64,000 nucleotides of DNA from Stylophora pistillata (Eukaryota), in assembly GCF_002571385.2 (NCBI RefSeq), contig NW_019217897.1:490793-554792 (forward strand), read 5' to 3'. The notes beneath the pieces were generated by a model. That model had not been told where the DNA came from. It worked only from the letters and a program-made list of their open reading frames with translations, and did not search any database. Shown in pieces: positions 35,601 through 50,600 of this stretch. The position numbers and the translations under genes are program-made. The first letter of the stretch is position 1. Each line of letters opens with the position of its first letter.

Positions 35601-38600
35601 TAATTGAAAGTTACTCGTCTAAAACTCTTCTCAAGCTGTTCTTAAAAGAAAATTATTTTTGAACGCTGTGGATAATTTGCGTAATGCAAACCAATACGTA
35701 AACTTAACGAAAGTTTCTTTCAACTTAGTTTCCTCCTGACTTTGTCTCGTCGGGCGCTTTGTTGTGCAAACGAGGTGCGAAGATGCCGACAACGTAACCA
35801 GATCATCACTTATCTTGCGTGCTTTTATCACACAGACAGACCATGGCAAGAGCCAAAGGCTGTCGGATTGAATTTCAATTGACACTTTCCTTAGTTGTCA
35901 TGCTCATCAACTGTGACGGGATTTGAGAATCTTTCTGTCGATCAAACTATTTCCAGATTGAACTCCTATTTCAAGGAACTGAACTCTCCTAAAGAGCCTC
36001 AAAAACGGATTGTAATCTTGAGTGTCATCTAGTCAGCTATCTGTCATAGAGACCGTTTGGGAAATCTTCCGAGGGAAAGCTGCTTATCCATTTAGACATA
36101 AAATGAATCACTACTTCTTTCTGATTACTGCTGCTTTCCTGCTTTCTCTGGTTTGGATTTCGCCCATTTCATCCAGGGTAAGCTAAGCCACTTATTGATA
36201 GATTAGCCCTCCTAAACCTAAAGTCATGTTTCTGAAACAACTAATGGTACGGCCGGAAAAGGTTGTATACCAGATACTAGTGAATTCGCGAATTAAAGGG
36301 CATCTACAGCTGCTCCATATTACACTCTCAAAGAGTGTTACGACTGCATGATGTTTTATGTAACGTAAGTAAGGTTTTTCCTCTTACACCATTTGAGGAG
36401 CTGTTCTTACAGAAGCAGAAATTAAAGATTAAGCTTTTAATTAAAACCCGTACATGCCCACCCAGACAGAGGTGATTTCTCGAACAGATGGGATAATTTT
36501 CAGATCCATCGTTTAGTTTTTTTCCAAACTAGGGAAAGCTTCGTTGTGCTCATGTCTCCAGTTGAGTTTTAAACTAACTCCGTGAAATTGAATGGTTGTA
36601 ATTTTTTATTGGTGAAGTATGCGTGCTCCATTGAGAGTGACCTTTCACCTGCTTGGTTCTGTCAGTTTAATGAAATGAATGGAAGAAAACTCAGACTTTT
36701 TGCTGTCATATATTTATGTTGTAACATTAACCATCACTTCCTCTTTGCTATGGCATTATTCCATTTTCCCTGTACCTTATGGTTCCTTCATGGATCTCTT
36801 CCTCCCTGTTTTATGTAAATGGTTTTATACACGCACTTTTTCCTATCTTCTTTTCACATTTGATCAATCTTTGATTTCGCAAGGACCTTGAGCTAATGCC
36901 CAATGATTGCCATTTAGCAGAGGCCAAAATAAACCTAGTATTGTGACATAAGCTTATCTTACCACCCGACAGGGCCGACATGTTGTTTGATAGGAAGTGC
37001 TCGTGCATTATTATCGTTTACAATGTTGAGTGCCTTCTGACAAGTGACAGATTAATGTAATAGTTTAGTTGACGACACTTCGCTGTTCCCGGTGAAATAG
37101 TACGCTGGGACTAAAAAACAAGATCAACAATAATTACGAGAAGCTCTAATCTATTTATAGCAACGTTTGCTGGAGGTAACGTTGGCTGGGGGCAAGATAT
37201 ACCCTATAAAATATTTGGTGGATATTTACAGGGGCCGATATCTCTCTTTCGTTAGAAATTGGATACGAATCAAATATCAATTTTCCGAAGCAAAAGCAAA
37301 GCCAGCAGCACCAACTTTCTTCATATTAGAGCCCAAAGCCCAAAGGTTTCTCTTTGAAACAAAAAAAAAATAATCCCCTTGGCTCCATCTTCTTAAAATG
37401 ATGTTTAATAATAGGATGAAAATATGCTGATGCTGTGAGATCTTTAAAACGAAAGATGACTCCACTTGGCGTCAAAGGATGATTTTTTAGAGCCAAGAGC
37501 TAATTGATGACTCGTAATAGGTCATAGTACAGTGTCAAGTACAGCCGGAGTCCAATGAGTAGAGAGAGGCGACTATTTTATGTTACAAGATCGATAACTA
37601 TTTGGCTTTTACCTGCACAGATATACTGATTCTTAGATAGAGATGTTTCTTTAGTTTCTCGTCAAGGAACAAGGAGCAAGACTGGAACAATATCCTACAA
37701 ATGAATCAGTCGATTCATGTAAATGTAACAATTTCAGTGCAGAGCCCGAAATATCACGCAATTTATTGTCACTCGATCTCGCTCAAACAACTATTAAGGT
37801 GATTCCCACGAATGGCCCTTTCGGCTACAGCTACTTTCGTAGCCCTCAAGTGGATCAATCACTTGATGACAACGTCCAACTTGACCTCTAAGACAGGTTG
37901 ATTTTGGGATCCTCTTGAATTTTAAAGCAACTACAAACCAATGATTTTTTGATATGTCAAATGGCTCCTTCATTCTATCAGAAAGAAAAAAAATCGTCGA
38001 AAAACATCGTAAAATTTACACTGAGACTGGGGTCTCCTTCATGAAGGATTTTTTTCTAGATCAAAGAAATGAACTTTCCACTTTCATCAAGTTATTTTCA
38101 CGGTTTCTGAACAGCGTAGTCAACATACAACGCATTGAAAACAGCTAAAATTCCATCAACGCCGGAAATAGCGCAATAACCTGACTTATGTTGGATTGCA
38201 TAACCAACAAAAATATCGCCATGTTTGCAGAAAGGTTGGTTAGAATTAATATCTAGCAAAATGCATTGCAACTCTTTCATATTGCCAGTCTCTGTTGTAC
38301 TCATGCAATTATTGCTCGCCTCTTGTCTCCACAGAAGCATGTTGAAGGAAGTAAGTGCGACAGGTGTAAGCGATCCTTCTTCAATTTGCAGTCGGACGAT
38401 CCCGAGGGATGCGTGCCTTGCTTCTGTTTTGGAGTCTCTGCTGTTTGTAAATGCGCTGATTATTACAAAGACATAGTAAGTAAATCATGACTGCTATAGT
38501 ATTATTAACCGTACCCAATTCGCAATTAGCCAATCAAAAGCTGGAGATGAAAAATAATTTTCAGGTCAAAGGCTTCGCACACTCTGTCGCTATAAAGAGG

Positions 38601-41600
38601 CATACAGCATTTCGGAAATAGCCTATTGTTTTCAGTCTTTTAAAAAGCTTGAGCATGAGAGTAATCTTCGCAGTAAAGAACACTACTTAAGCAGAAGTAA
38701 AAATAAAGCCTGGAAAAAATTCAGGCTCGAACGGGAGTTGAACCCATAACCTTTGCGTCGATACCGGAGCATAAAAAAAATTGGCTTCTAAACTTGATTT
38801 TCACCGATCATTTGAGGTCTATTTGATAATTCCTTTAGGAGACCGCTGAAGTAAATTCCCTTTTGCAAAAGAGTTGAGAATTGGGTTCTTTGAAACTTTC
38901 TCCAGGTTCTCTCTCTCAAGGCGACCTGTTTTATACCAAAGGAAGAAACGATTCGGATGCGATTTAAAAAAAGCTTAGCAATGGCGGAATCTTGATGGAA
39001 AATTCTTCCAGAAAACATTTTTTCTCGTACCTTGCTATACTACGCAAAATGTCCTTAGTTCCTGCAACTTGGTAATCTCTTAATTACACTTCAAATTTAT
39101 ATTTCAGATTGGCTTGCGCATCGCCCTGTTGGACGGTCCAAACTACTTACGTCTCTCGGACTTATCACAGGACTCTATTATAAATTCTGGCTACAAAATA
39201 GAGGATGATCCGGGACATTATGTTTATAAGTTTGACAAACCACCGGCAAAGACCTATTACTGGTTTTTGGGAGAGGAATTTAGAGGGGACATGGTGAGTT
39301 CACTCTGTAGCTTTCCAACCTCGACTAGTCGATTCCTTTTGCCGTTGACTTGTTGGCGACGGAGGCGAGTCACCTTTCAAAACGTCTTAAACTCCTGTTG
39401 TTCGTGTTCACTTGATAACGTGGTATAGGCACTGCTAACTACGGCCTTCAGTAGGAGCTCTGAAAGCTCCACCATCTATTTTTGTTTTCCGCAGAGGGAA
39501 CTCCGACCGTAAACATCCCTTTCCCGCTTCATATGATAACGTTTCTACTCGTAAAGATCAAAGGTAAATTGACTGATCTCTTTTGATTTGTTTAGATCAC
39601 AAGCTATGACGGTATCTTACGATACACAGTTTCTCACGAAATGCAGCCCGGTGGTGAGCTGACCTCTGAAATTGACGTCCAGTTGAAGGTATTATTTGAA
39701 TTTTAACTCACCAATAAGTGGTGCTGTCGTTCGTAAATTCACGGTGCATGCTCTTGATTCTTGAATGCTCTGTAATGTTAATCAAACGTTTTTAGTCCAA
39801 TCTTCATTCTTGGTCTCGTTTTGTTTGTCGGTCTAGTTTCGAAAATTATTGTGCTGGAGGTATCAGTTCCAAGTTTTGCGCTTTTCAGACAAATCTGGTT
39901 TCCGTTGCCACTAGTGTAATTTCGTGTTTTGCGCAGAAACGCCAAACGTTCACAGCTACAATTATTATCAATTTTCTTTCTTTTTAAAGCGAATAGATTA
40001 TTGCGGCTGTGTGAAAAGTTGCGCTTCTCGTCGGTGTATTGCGCTCAAACGCTGTTTTTTCCAATAGAAAAAAAAAAAAAAAAAAAAAAAAACAGGAAAG
40101 AGCAGAAGAACTCGCTTCCAATCAAAAACGCATAATGCAGATTGCCTTGGCTAAGAAAATGGAATTATTTCTAAAATGGGTCGCACACCTGCAACTCGGT
40201 AAAAGAACCAGAGAAGCGTACCCGCTAATTTTAAGTTAACAGTAACGCTTCTTTTTCGATTTACATCTGAATTTGTTTCGATGGTGTGTATGGCGAATTT
40301 TTTTTTTAGGGAAGAGGGAGAGTTCTAATATTTAATCGTAGAAGAAAACGAGAGGCAGGAAAAACATTTACAGAGGGCCTTAAACTATCAGAGGTGAGGA
40401 GTTAACCAAATAGTCCATGCAACGTTACAGACCTATTACATGTTCCAAGCAAGCAATCCATTTTTCGACATCGAAGGCAATCTGTTGACTACAGGTATAT
40501 CCGAACGAATAATCTTGTCAGTTGCTCTGATTCATGGTGTTAGTCATCAATTGAAGGTATTTAAAGTTAAAGATAACATTTTTTGTCAGGAGGAAGGAAC
40601 ATAACAACTACGTACAAGCTAGTCTCTTTTCTGTAAAAGTCAAAATATCTTGTTCAATCATACAGGGTTGGCTGAGGTACCCGGATAACGCTAGAACGAC
40701 CAGAGATGTTGTGATGACAGTTTTGTCCGCTGTGGAAAGCATCTTGGTCCGTGCGACATACAGTACAACTACTACACAAGCCAGGTCACAATTTAGTTAC
40801 TTTAACTGTAACATATCTCTTTTTACTCTACTGTAACATGTTCACTCATAATTTTACACCCTCTAATCAGTGAAATACTTCATATTCCATATATTATTTA
40901 CACTAATATTTACTGCAAGAACAAAATAACTTACGCAACTAAGATTACACGCAACGCTATAAAAAGGTTCTCGAGTTCCCTGTGTTACCTTTTTTTTACC
41001 TGTAGGTAGCCTTGCGTTCACGATGTGAATCAGATCAATAACGTTATTTTTATTTTTCACCAGCCTTTATGCAGTCAATTTGGAGAAAGCTGTACCTCAA
41101 GAAACGGGTCATAGAAAAGCTGAGAAAATCGAACTATGCACATGTCCACCGGAGTACACTGGAACATCTTGTCAGGTAATCTTAGAAGCTCACAATAGAA
41201 AATAGTTATGTGAAGCGTTAGAGAATTCTAGCATTCGTTTATTTCGTTGTTTCAAATCTCGAAGACGCACCTTTGTTCGTTTGAACTTCTTTCTACTTAA
41301 GAAAAATGAGATTCGATGCTCGACTTTTCGAACTTATAAAGAATTTTTTTCACTCAGTGAAAGTTGATAAGCAAGCTTTTATTTTGGAATATGTGTAGAG
41401 GTCCATTCATATGCAATGACAAATTAAAAAATCTGAGCAATGTCTTGCTTAGACGTTACGCAAATCCTTCTGTACGAAGTGCGGTCATAAGACCATGTCA
41501 GTTTTGGTATCATTTTATTTTGCAGCGCTGTGCTCGTGGATACACTCGGACTTACCCTGCAGGCTCAGATTTCTCCCCTTGTGTTCCATGTACTTGTAAT

Positions 41601-44600
41601 CAACACTCAAAAGAATGTGATCCAGAGACAGGAAAATGTTTAGTAAGTAAATACCACTTAAGCGGTAGTAATTGCGAGGAACTGCATTAAATTGCCGGTA
41701 CCCATTTAAACACCTGGGTGGAGAGAGAGGCAGTGTGAGAGTAAAGTGTCTTGCCTAAGAACAAAACACAGTGTTCCGGCCGGGTCTCGAACCCGGACCA
41801 CTCGATCCGGAGTCGAACGCACCAACTATGAGGCCACCGCGCCTCTGCTGAGGGTAACTCTGCGAGGGACTGGCATCACATCCAGGGGGAGTATAAATAC
41901 TCCTAGTCTCTTCATGCTACAGAAACCGGAGTTAAGCACCGGCCTGATGGGCCACTACGCTCGTAAACAGACTTTACCAATTGCGAGGAACTGCAATGCC
42001 TCAAATGTAGTCCGATACACTGATGCATATCCCAATATGCATCAACAGATTGGGAGCAGGTTAATTCTTACAAATGCAAAGGCTATATACTTTTTCATTA
42101 GAATCTGTCCAAAGACAGTTACTCGGCACGTTATGAACTAAGTAGGCTTCTAAACCCTCGGGGTCGGTTATTGAAACAAAGTTTAGCTGTTGTTTGACAA
42201 AACCTCGTCCTAGGGAATCCTCAATTTCGCTGAACCTTTGATTGGAACGTTTTTTTGGGTGTTAAGAGGGCTGAAAGCTAATACTAATAGTAGAAGGACT
42301 TTTATCTAATCTAATCATCCCTCTTCTAGACAAAGCCTGAGGTCCACTGATTCCGTAAAATCGCGGTTTGGGTTAGACCTCGTGTAAATAACCGGTCCTA
42401 AGTACTTTCAATTGCTCCTCGATCGTCTCGGCCGTCATTTCTCATTTAATGAAATGAATGAAATCTTTATTTAAAACATGGTAAAAATATCAGTATGACA
42501 ATAGAAAACAAAGAAGAAATTCATCTTAAGTAAAATTTTCTATTAACTGGTTTACATATTTGCCGTGCGGGAGCCCAATACAGAGAGCCATTTATCAATT
42601 CTTCTCTTGAAGATGCGTAGAGATTTTGTAGTGCGAATATGCTCAGGAAGATCGTTCCAATGAGAAGCTCCGCTATAACTGAAGCTACGTTTCAGGAAGT
42701 CAGTTCTTGGTCTCGGCAAGTGCAACCTTTGGCTTGCGCCATGAAGATCAAAGGACAAGGTTCTCGGGGTGAACATGTTACAAAGATAATTTGGGGCGAG
42801 CTTATTAACGCATTTATACATTAAATTTGCCGTTTGCTTCGTCCTTCTTATTGAGAAGTTATCCCAGCGGAGAGAATAGAGAAGATAGCTGGAGTTCGTA
42901 TTATAACTTGACTTAGTAATTACTCTGGCAGCGCGATTTTATAGTTTTTGTAGTTTCTTACTCAGCTGTTGAGACAGGCCATCCCAAACAACACTACAGT
43001 AATCAAAATGGGGTTCGATAAGACCTTTGTATATTTTGATAGCGGTGTGCATTAAAACGAAAGGTCTAATTCGCTTCAGTGCACCGATACTGGAAGAGAC
43101 TTTTTTTGAGATTGCGTGTATGTGCTCCATCCAGGATAGGTTTTCATCTTTTATGATAGATAACTATTAGAGATAGTTTTTCGAGGTGGGACATTCTATA
43201 TCTAAATATTCGCTTTTTTGTCAGAAATGTGATCACAATACCGCAGGCTCCAGGTGCGGGAGATGTGCAATCGGTTTCTATGGCGACGCGACTAAAGGCA
43301 CACCTCAAGATTGCCAACCATGTCCATGCCCTTTAACAGTCGCTTCGAATCAGTGAGTAAAGAAGTGGATTAAAAAAATTGGTGCCGGTTACAAGCTTTC
43401 TCCATCAATAATTTCCTCTCTTAAACAGGTTCAGCCTGACCTGCAAAATAGAGTCAGACGGTCTACCTACCTGCACTGGGTGTCAAACTGGTTATACAGG
43501 CAGAACATGTAATAGGTAAAGTCGTCTTAGTTAAAACTATGAAGTTTGTAAATACGAAATGTATAATTTTGCTGATAATTTTCTTGTGATGTTCGCCTAT
43601 CAGATCACTTTTTTAGATCGTTTGGCGATCGTTGTAATGTCAAATTTATCCTGTTTAGATGTGCTAAGGGATATTCCGGGGATCCTAAAAAACCTGGCCG
43701 AAAGTGTATCAAGCTACCAGGTAAGATAACTGGTCATTTAGATAGAATCTAGTGTTCGGTTGTTGGAATGCTACTAATGAGAACATTGTGCACACGAATA
43801 CAATGAACTGAATGTTGTCATTTCCTGGTTAAAAAATAAATAACCGAAACTCGTAAATAGGCGAGAAAATCCTTTTACAACCATTTGGTTTTCTATGAAG
43901 TTGACCATGCACAGATCCTTTGCTATATTCAGTAAAACCGCTCACTTCCATGATAACCAGGGTTAAGGTAAAGGTATCTGAGTGGTAATCTCTGCTCAGA
44001 GTCTGATTACAAATTAGTATGCCTATCGAAAAACAATAACATGTGTCTCGCAAAAAAAAAGCCTTTTATGTTCTCTGTCAGTAACTTTGTATTGCTTGCT
44101 TCCGTAGTAACGAGATGGGTATTCCTCGAAATATGGTTTTAGATTAATATCTTAACAAAGAACACTAAAAAATATCCCTTATACCAAAAAATTGACAGTT
44201 TGCTGTGTCATTCTTTTTTTTTAAGCGGGATTCTTACCAATTGTTATGATCAGGCCAATGAAAAGAACCAAGACAGAGGGAGATGACGTTAGGTTTTACT
44301 GCTTTGCCAAGGGAAAGCAACAACCAAGAATAAGTTGGTCTCGAGAAAATGGCAAAACGTTACCCAGCAGGGCTGTTGTGTCTGGAAAAATCATGTCGAT
44401 AAGTAGAATAAGGAAAGAAGATGAAGGAGAATACGCGTGTACTGCGAGAAACATATATGGCTCTGAAACTGGTACAACACAGCTGAGGGTAGAAGGTTAG
44501 ATGCACAAATTATTTTTAGCTCGATTTTATTTACGTGTTCAACCTTTTCAGTCACAACCCCTTATATAGTGTTATTAAAGTGGCTTCTTGTTTTTTATCA

Positions 44601-47600
44601 AAATGTAGTTAAGGTGATTTTTACACAGGTCTTTTATCGTTATCTGTTAAAGTCTTCCATAACCATTAGATAGATGATCGTTTTCCTAAATATTTGGAAG
44701 GATGGTTTTGATTGCCTTTCTCTTTACCTCCTATATCGTGTTCTGGAATTAGCTCGCCGTGTGGATCCCATAAGCGTAACAGTTTCGCCAAAAGTCCTTC
44801 ACGTTCTTTTGGACCAAAAAGCTCAGTTCAAGTGCAGAGCAAAAAGTGTGACCGAATACACCTTACAGTGGACCCAAGGAGTGTACGGAGCACTTCCTGA
44901 TGGGGCCGAAAATGATAATGGTGTTCTAACGATCGATCGCGCGCGGGCCATCCATGGAGGGTCCTACACATGTACCGGTAAAAATGCCAACAACGAAGAT
45001 ATGGTAACCGTCCAACTGAGAATAGGAGGTAAGAATGATTCATACCTAGTTGCATAGCTTCGGACATATTATAGTCTATATTAACCTATTTCTTTTTTCC
45101 TTGTCAGTAACAAAGCCTCAGGTCCTTATAAGCCCTGCCAGTTTGAGCGTGCAAGAGGGAGATTCTGCTCAATTCCGCTGTTCGGCGTCGGGATTTCCAG
45201 CTCCGGAACTTCAGTGGCATGGTGGTCCTGGCGGTGAATTGCCATCGGAAGCGAATACAGCCAACAGTAATGGGCTTTTGATCTTTGACGCGGTGAAAAA
45301 AATTCACAAAGGAGAATACTTTTGTACAGCATCTAATTTGGGCGGAATCTCCAGCACTGGAACGTTCTTAAATGTCTCAGGTACGACGGTATTTTAAACT
45401 AAATGAAATTTTCATGGTCACTCTCTCCCTGTGACAGCATGCTTTCATTTTCACCTGTTTTCGTAGCTTCTGGTTCTCCCCCTATAATTTCGGTTGTGCC
45501 CAGTTTGATGACCGTTTTGGAAGGTGAAGAAGCCTCGTTTCAGTGTACGGCAATAGGGGACCCACCACCCACAATTCGATGGTCACGTGAGAAGGGCCAG
45601 CTTTCTCCGTCCTCTACTTCTTTAAATGGTGTTTTGAGCATTTTCCCGACAAAAGTTGAAGACGGCGGTGCATATGTTTGTACAGCAGCTAATAAAATCG
45701 GAGTGGATGGGGGTTTGGTCACTCTCACTGTCGAAAGAGGTAAGTGAACACCATTGAACAAAATCTTTTCTGTGTCCTTTTGGAAAAGCGGTAAATACGC
45801 GAGTTAGACGGAGACATACGAAGGCATGTTGCAAAAGGTAGTAAAAAATTGAGTCCTAGACAATTCCTTAGATAAACCCAGAATATTAAGTCAAATATCA
45901 CAAGTGCGCGTCGAAAATAGGCACTAGGGAGTCAAAATTAAAATAAAAATATTTTTCCTAATAATTTTGAATGGCGTGTTGACCCTTGACAGTCCGCCCT
46001 CGACGTTTTAATGTCGACCCTTGAATCTTGACAAAAAGGCAAAATAATCATAAACGACCTTTTAATTAAGACATCTGTTTCTCAACGTGCCCTTTAACAC
46101 ATGTTTTTTCATTCATCATCTCCCGTTTCAAAGCGGATTAGCTGTGCAGCTGTTTGCCCTCTTGTCTCTTTCACTCAGCATAAACAGGAAAAAGGAAACG
46201 ACTGCAAGCAGGATGATTGAATATGAGTCGTGTGTGCACAGTTGCACGTAGTAAAAAGCATGGCATCGGTATGCTTCAGCATCTTTATCGTAAATGGAGC
46301 GCTTGTGTCGCTGAAAACTGCTATAAGAAAACAAAGTTTTTCTGTGATATTCAATTTTTCGGACCTAGTCGTTTGAGTAATGGGTCGGAAATATAATCCC
46401 ACGATTTTAATACTAGGTTTGGGGAGACCTGCTTTAGACTTTTTCAGATATGTTTTGAGTATTCTCGTTACCTGTTTGCTGTATAATGTCTGGATATTAT
46501 AAGGACAAGTTACATGTCAATCACTTCTGGGAATTAAAAGGTTAAAGAAAAGCTTAAACATTTTCAAGGTAATGTGAAACAATAATTCTTGTTTTTAGGA
46601 GACTGATTATTAACTAATTTTTGTTCCTTTGAACGAGATTAAGGGGAAAAGGATTATAATAAAAATGTTAGCAACAAAAGGATACTAATTGGAAAAGGAA
46701 AAATAAATAATATCGGCTCATTCAGGACATAGTTAGTCTAAAATGTTCCTTATCTTCAGATACCTCCGTGCCTCCAACTGCGTTGGTGTCACCAGCAAAT
46801 CAAACTGTCGATGAAGGTTCTTCTACCAGCTTATCGTGCCAAGTGACAGGAGATCCTTATCCCTCCATAGAATGGAGGAAGGTTGGTGGCGAGTTACCAA
46901 ACAACCACTCTATTCTCGGTGGATTATTGGTAATCCAGGAAATAACGAAAGAGGATGAAGGCATGTATCTATGCTTAGCTCAAAACAAAAAAGGTGTCAA
47001 ACAAGTTACCGCCTTTATCAATGTCAGAAGTAAGTAAATAATTCAATCTTAAGTTAAGAGTTATGACCAACCAAACATTGTTTGATATTAATGATGGGAT
47101 AACAACGAGCTTTACTTTTGTTTCGCAATCGTGAAAGGAAGGTCGTCATGTAAGGGGACCTCTCATATTTTTTCTTTACCGGTGCAATTTGACCAGACAT
47201 TACTTAAATTACATTACAAGTGATTAAGCATTTTTCTAATGTGGTTCGCTCAGAAAATTTCTCTATCGGTGATACTACAACTCTCTTGATGGAATACATT
47301 GTCTGTTTTTCACAAACATATCTCGACAGCGCGTTTTGTTTCTGAAACAACCGATTAAGTTGCAGCAATGATGGTATGTCATACGTACCCTTTCAGGTAA
47401 AGTGTCGCCAAAGATAGAAATCATGCCGGCGAGAAGGTTAACCGTCACTGGAGGGGAAACAGTCATTTTCAAGTGTGTAGTCAAAGCCGGTAATCCTCCT
47501 CCTGTGGTGGTTTGGGAAACAGAAGAGAGTCAACTATTGAATAGTAGCGATGATGGGGCGTTGGTGATCTCCCCAGCAAACGGTAACAGCCAGGGAAAGT

Positions 47601-50600
47601 ACATTTGCAAGGCAACAAACGCCATGGGATCTGCTGAGGCTGTTGCTCTGCTGATTGTTCAAGGTGATCAACATAACTGCGGGTCATTAGTACCCTCCCA
47701 GTAACATAAGTTGCAATGCAATCTCGCGTGATTAGAGAGATTTGGTTGCAACTGGATACTTTTCACATTGCGTGGATGTGATATGTCGCCCCCATTAAAA
47801 CATGAAATTATTGACAATGAGTTTCTCACTTCCAGGTGAACCCAATATCATTACGACTCCTTCCAGTCCTGTTTCGGTGACAACTGGTAGTACAGTCACC
47901 CTGGAATGCGTCGCCGCTGGAGATCCCCCTCCGTCTGTTGAGTGGATAAGTCCAGAGAGCTCTCAATCTAATATTCAAATAATAGAAACAAGGGTGGGTG
48001 TATTAAAACTGACCATCGAAGATGTGAGATTGGAAGACCAGGGAAACTATACCTGCCAGGCGACAAACATCGTGGGAATCAAAAGAGAAAGTGTCCAGTT
48101 GCTAGGTAAATATCTAACGTAGATGGGGACGGTTTACCAGTTACATGCTAGATATCTTTAATAGGCTCTTTCCTACAACACCCAAAAATTTCCAAACTAC
48201 GTTTTTGTTTAGTTACTGTGGCCAACGAAGCTCCAGAGGTTGTTGTGGAAGCTATTTCTGAAATTGTGATCGAGGGTGACAAGGTTGTGCTCCGCTGTAA
48301 CGCGTCTGGTGTACCAACACCAAGTATCACTTGGGAAAGAGTGGGCTCTGATTTACCCAGTGATGCTTTGGATAGAAATGGAAATCTAACCATCCCATCT
48401 GTTGGCGCACGTGACGCAGGAACATACGCGTGTAAAGCTGCGAATAGTGAAGGAGTAGACGTCGCGAATGTTCAGTTGGAAGTGATAGGTAAGAAGATTC
48501 CATTCAACCCTAAAGAAAAAAAAAAACATCCAGCCGATTTAAAGGGATATTTGTTTAAAATGTTTTTGATTTTAAGTATCTCTCATTAAATGAGACAAAT
48601 GTTTGGTTGGGCACTCAAGGCTACTCTATCCCCATCGATAGTTTCATCTCCTTTATCGTCTAAAGGACAAAGCTCAGACAGCTTCCTGAACACACGGTTT
48701 TGCGAGAATACACAACAGACACGAAAGGACGCAAATTAGTTCAAGATTTGCCGTTTCAAAAGTCAAACCCAAGTTCGAATCCCAGCTATTTCGCCAGGAC
48801 TCGAAGGTTACTCCTTTTGTTGTGTTACAAACCTAGTACTACCTTTTCTTTTCGATCGATTGTAGTCCCTCCTCAAGTAGAAGTGACACCTTCCCAGATA
48901 GCCGTGAATCAAGGAACTTCTCTAAGCCTTTTTTGTGTTGCCACACCATTACTTCCGGTCAAATGGTCGAAAATGAATGGAAGCATCCCTGGCGAAAGTG
49001 AAACAGACAAGGGAAAACTAATCGTTAAGAATGTGAGTGTGGAACACGCAGGGAAGTACCGTTGTCAAGCTACCAATGCTGCAGGCTTCAGTGAAGATTT
49101 TGCAAGCGTAACGGTATTTGGTAAGACACCATTACAGTTCTCTCTTTTAGGAAAATTGCTTCATGTTTATGGTTTTCTACGCCAAATATCTATCTCGATG
49201 TCCAGGGAGAGATAATGGATGGATTAGTGGAGAAGAAATAATCTTCCGTTGATTTTCTGATACAGGAGAGAAATCGGAAGAGTTATGATAAATTTCCTTT
49301 TTTCTACAAGTACAAGTGGATTTAAGAAGCAACATCGCAAAGATTCGTTTTTCCTTCGGAAATGGGTAGAAAAGGTGATGTTGAAACGTCCGGATACGGC
49401 ATTTAATCTGTGTTTTTTGGGCCCCTGGATATCCCTTTAAGCCCAAAACTCTGGCAAACTGGTAAAGGAGTGAAGTATAAAGTTGGCAGAAAGTTTTCCA
49501 TTGAGTTCGCTTCATCGGTGGTTGCACAGTGTAACGGCGTCCGGGAAGTTTACAACAGTATGGTCACTATGGGTTTTTCATTATCAAATTTCTGAAAAAG
49601 GGTTTAAGGTGATTCCTCAGTAAAAAGAAATGATCGAACAATTTTTCTTTCTGTGAAATGTTCAATGTCTGTTTGAAAATTCAACTGAAAAGATAGGTCA
49701 CCGTGTTGTTTAAGAGATACGGTGAGCCAAACTTACCCAATTTATGCCTGTGCTGGCACTTATCACGCGCGTCTTTTCATCGGGTCACGGTTAATGTTTT
49801 GGCTCCTGAAAGCAAAGGTTTTTGAATTGACACTTGAAAAAAAAATTGATAGGTAGAAGGCATATGGAACAATTTCATATATAATTTGTGGAAAAATCAC
49901 GCAATTTTAAATGACATTGACTCAAAACGTTCTTTGAGTCGTTGCATTCGAGGTCACAATTTGCATCATCGAGTAGCGGGCTTCGTGCACGCTTAAGTTA
50001 TATCTTTTTTTCCATTCGATGAATTTTTTAAAATTTCTCCTATATTTAAACGGAATAATTTGTACACTAAAACTATGTAATAAAAAAAATTCGCCATGCT
50101 CGTTCTGGAGCTTAACACCATCGTTCTTGTTTACCTGGTTCATTTATTGAAAAGCAATAACGTGTTATCGGAATGCGTGCGTGCTTGTTCGCCTGGTTAT
50201 GTGATTTTTATGCGCAGTACTGGCAGGGTGCGCAGTGCAATACTGAGGAATCACCTTTAAAGTGGAAAACTTAAAACAGAATAAATTCAAATCCATTTCA
50301 TCACCGAGTGCGAGATTTATACTTTTTGCTTGGCCTTTTTACATTCCTCTTAGTTGCACCACAAGTAAGTGTCTCGACTGAGTCCATGATAGCCTCACCT
50401 TTTTCCAATGTTACTTTTCGATGCAATGCAACTGGCATACCAGAACCTGTGATCACGTGGACAAAAGAAGGCGTGAGGCTTCCTACGAAACACTCGCTGT
50501 TGCGTAATGAGTTGACGCTGACGCGCATTGTTAGCTCAGATGAAGGGCGCTATATTTGCACAGCTACCAATGCGGCAGGGACTTCACAAAGAGCTGTATC

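Noticed and set aside
27561-43720. Separate laminin chain gene
   Set aside because: There is no LN domain or coiled-coil, and the LE/LamB exons continue in phase into Ig and LG exons, as in perlecan.
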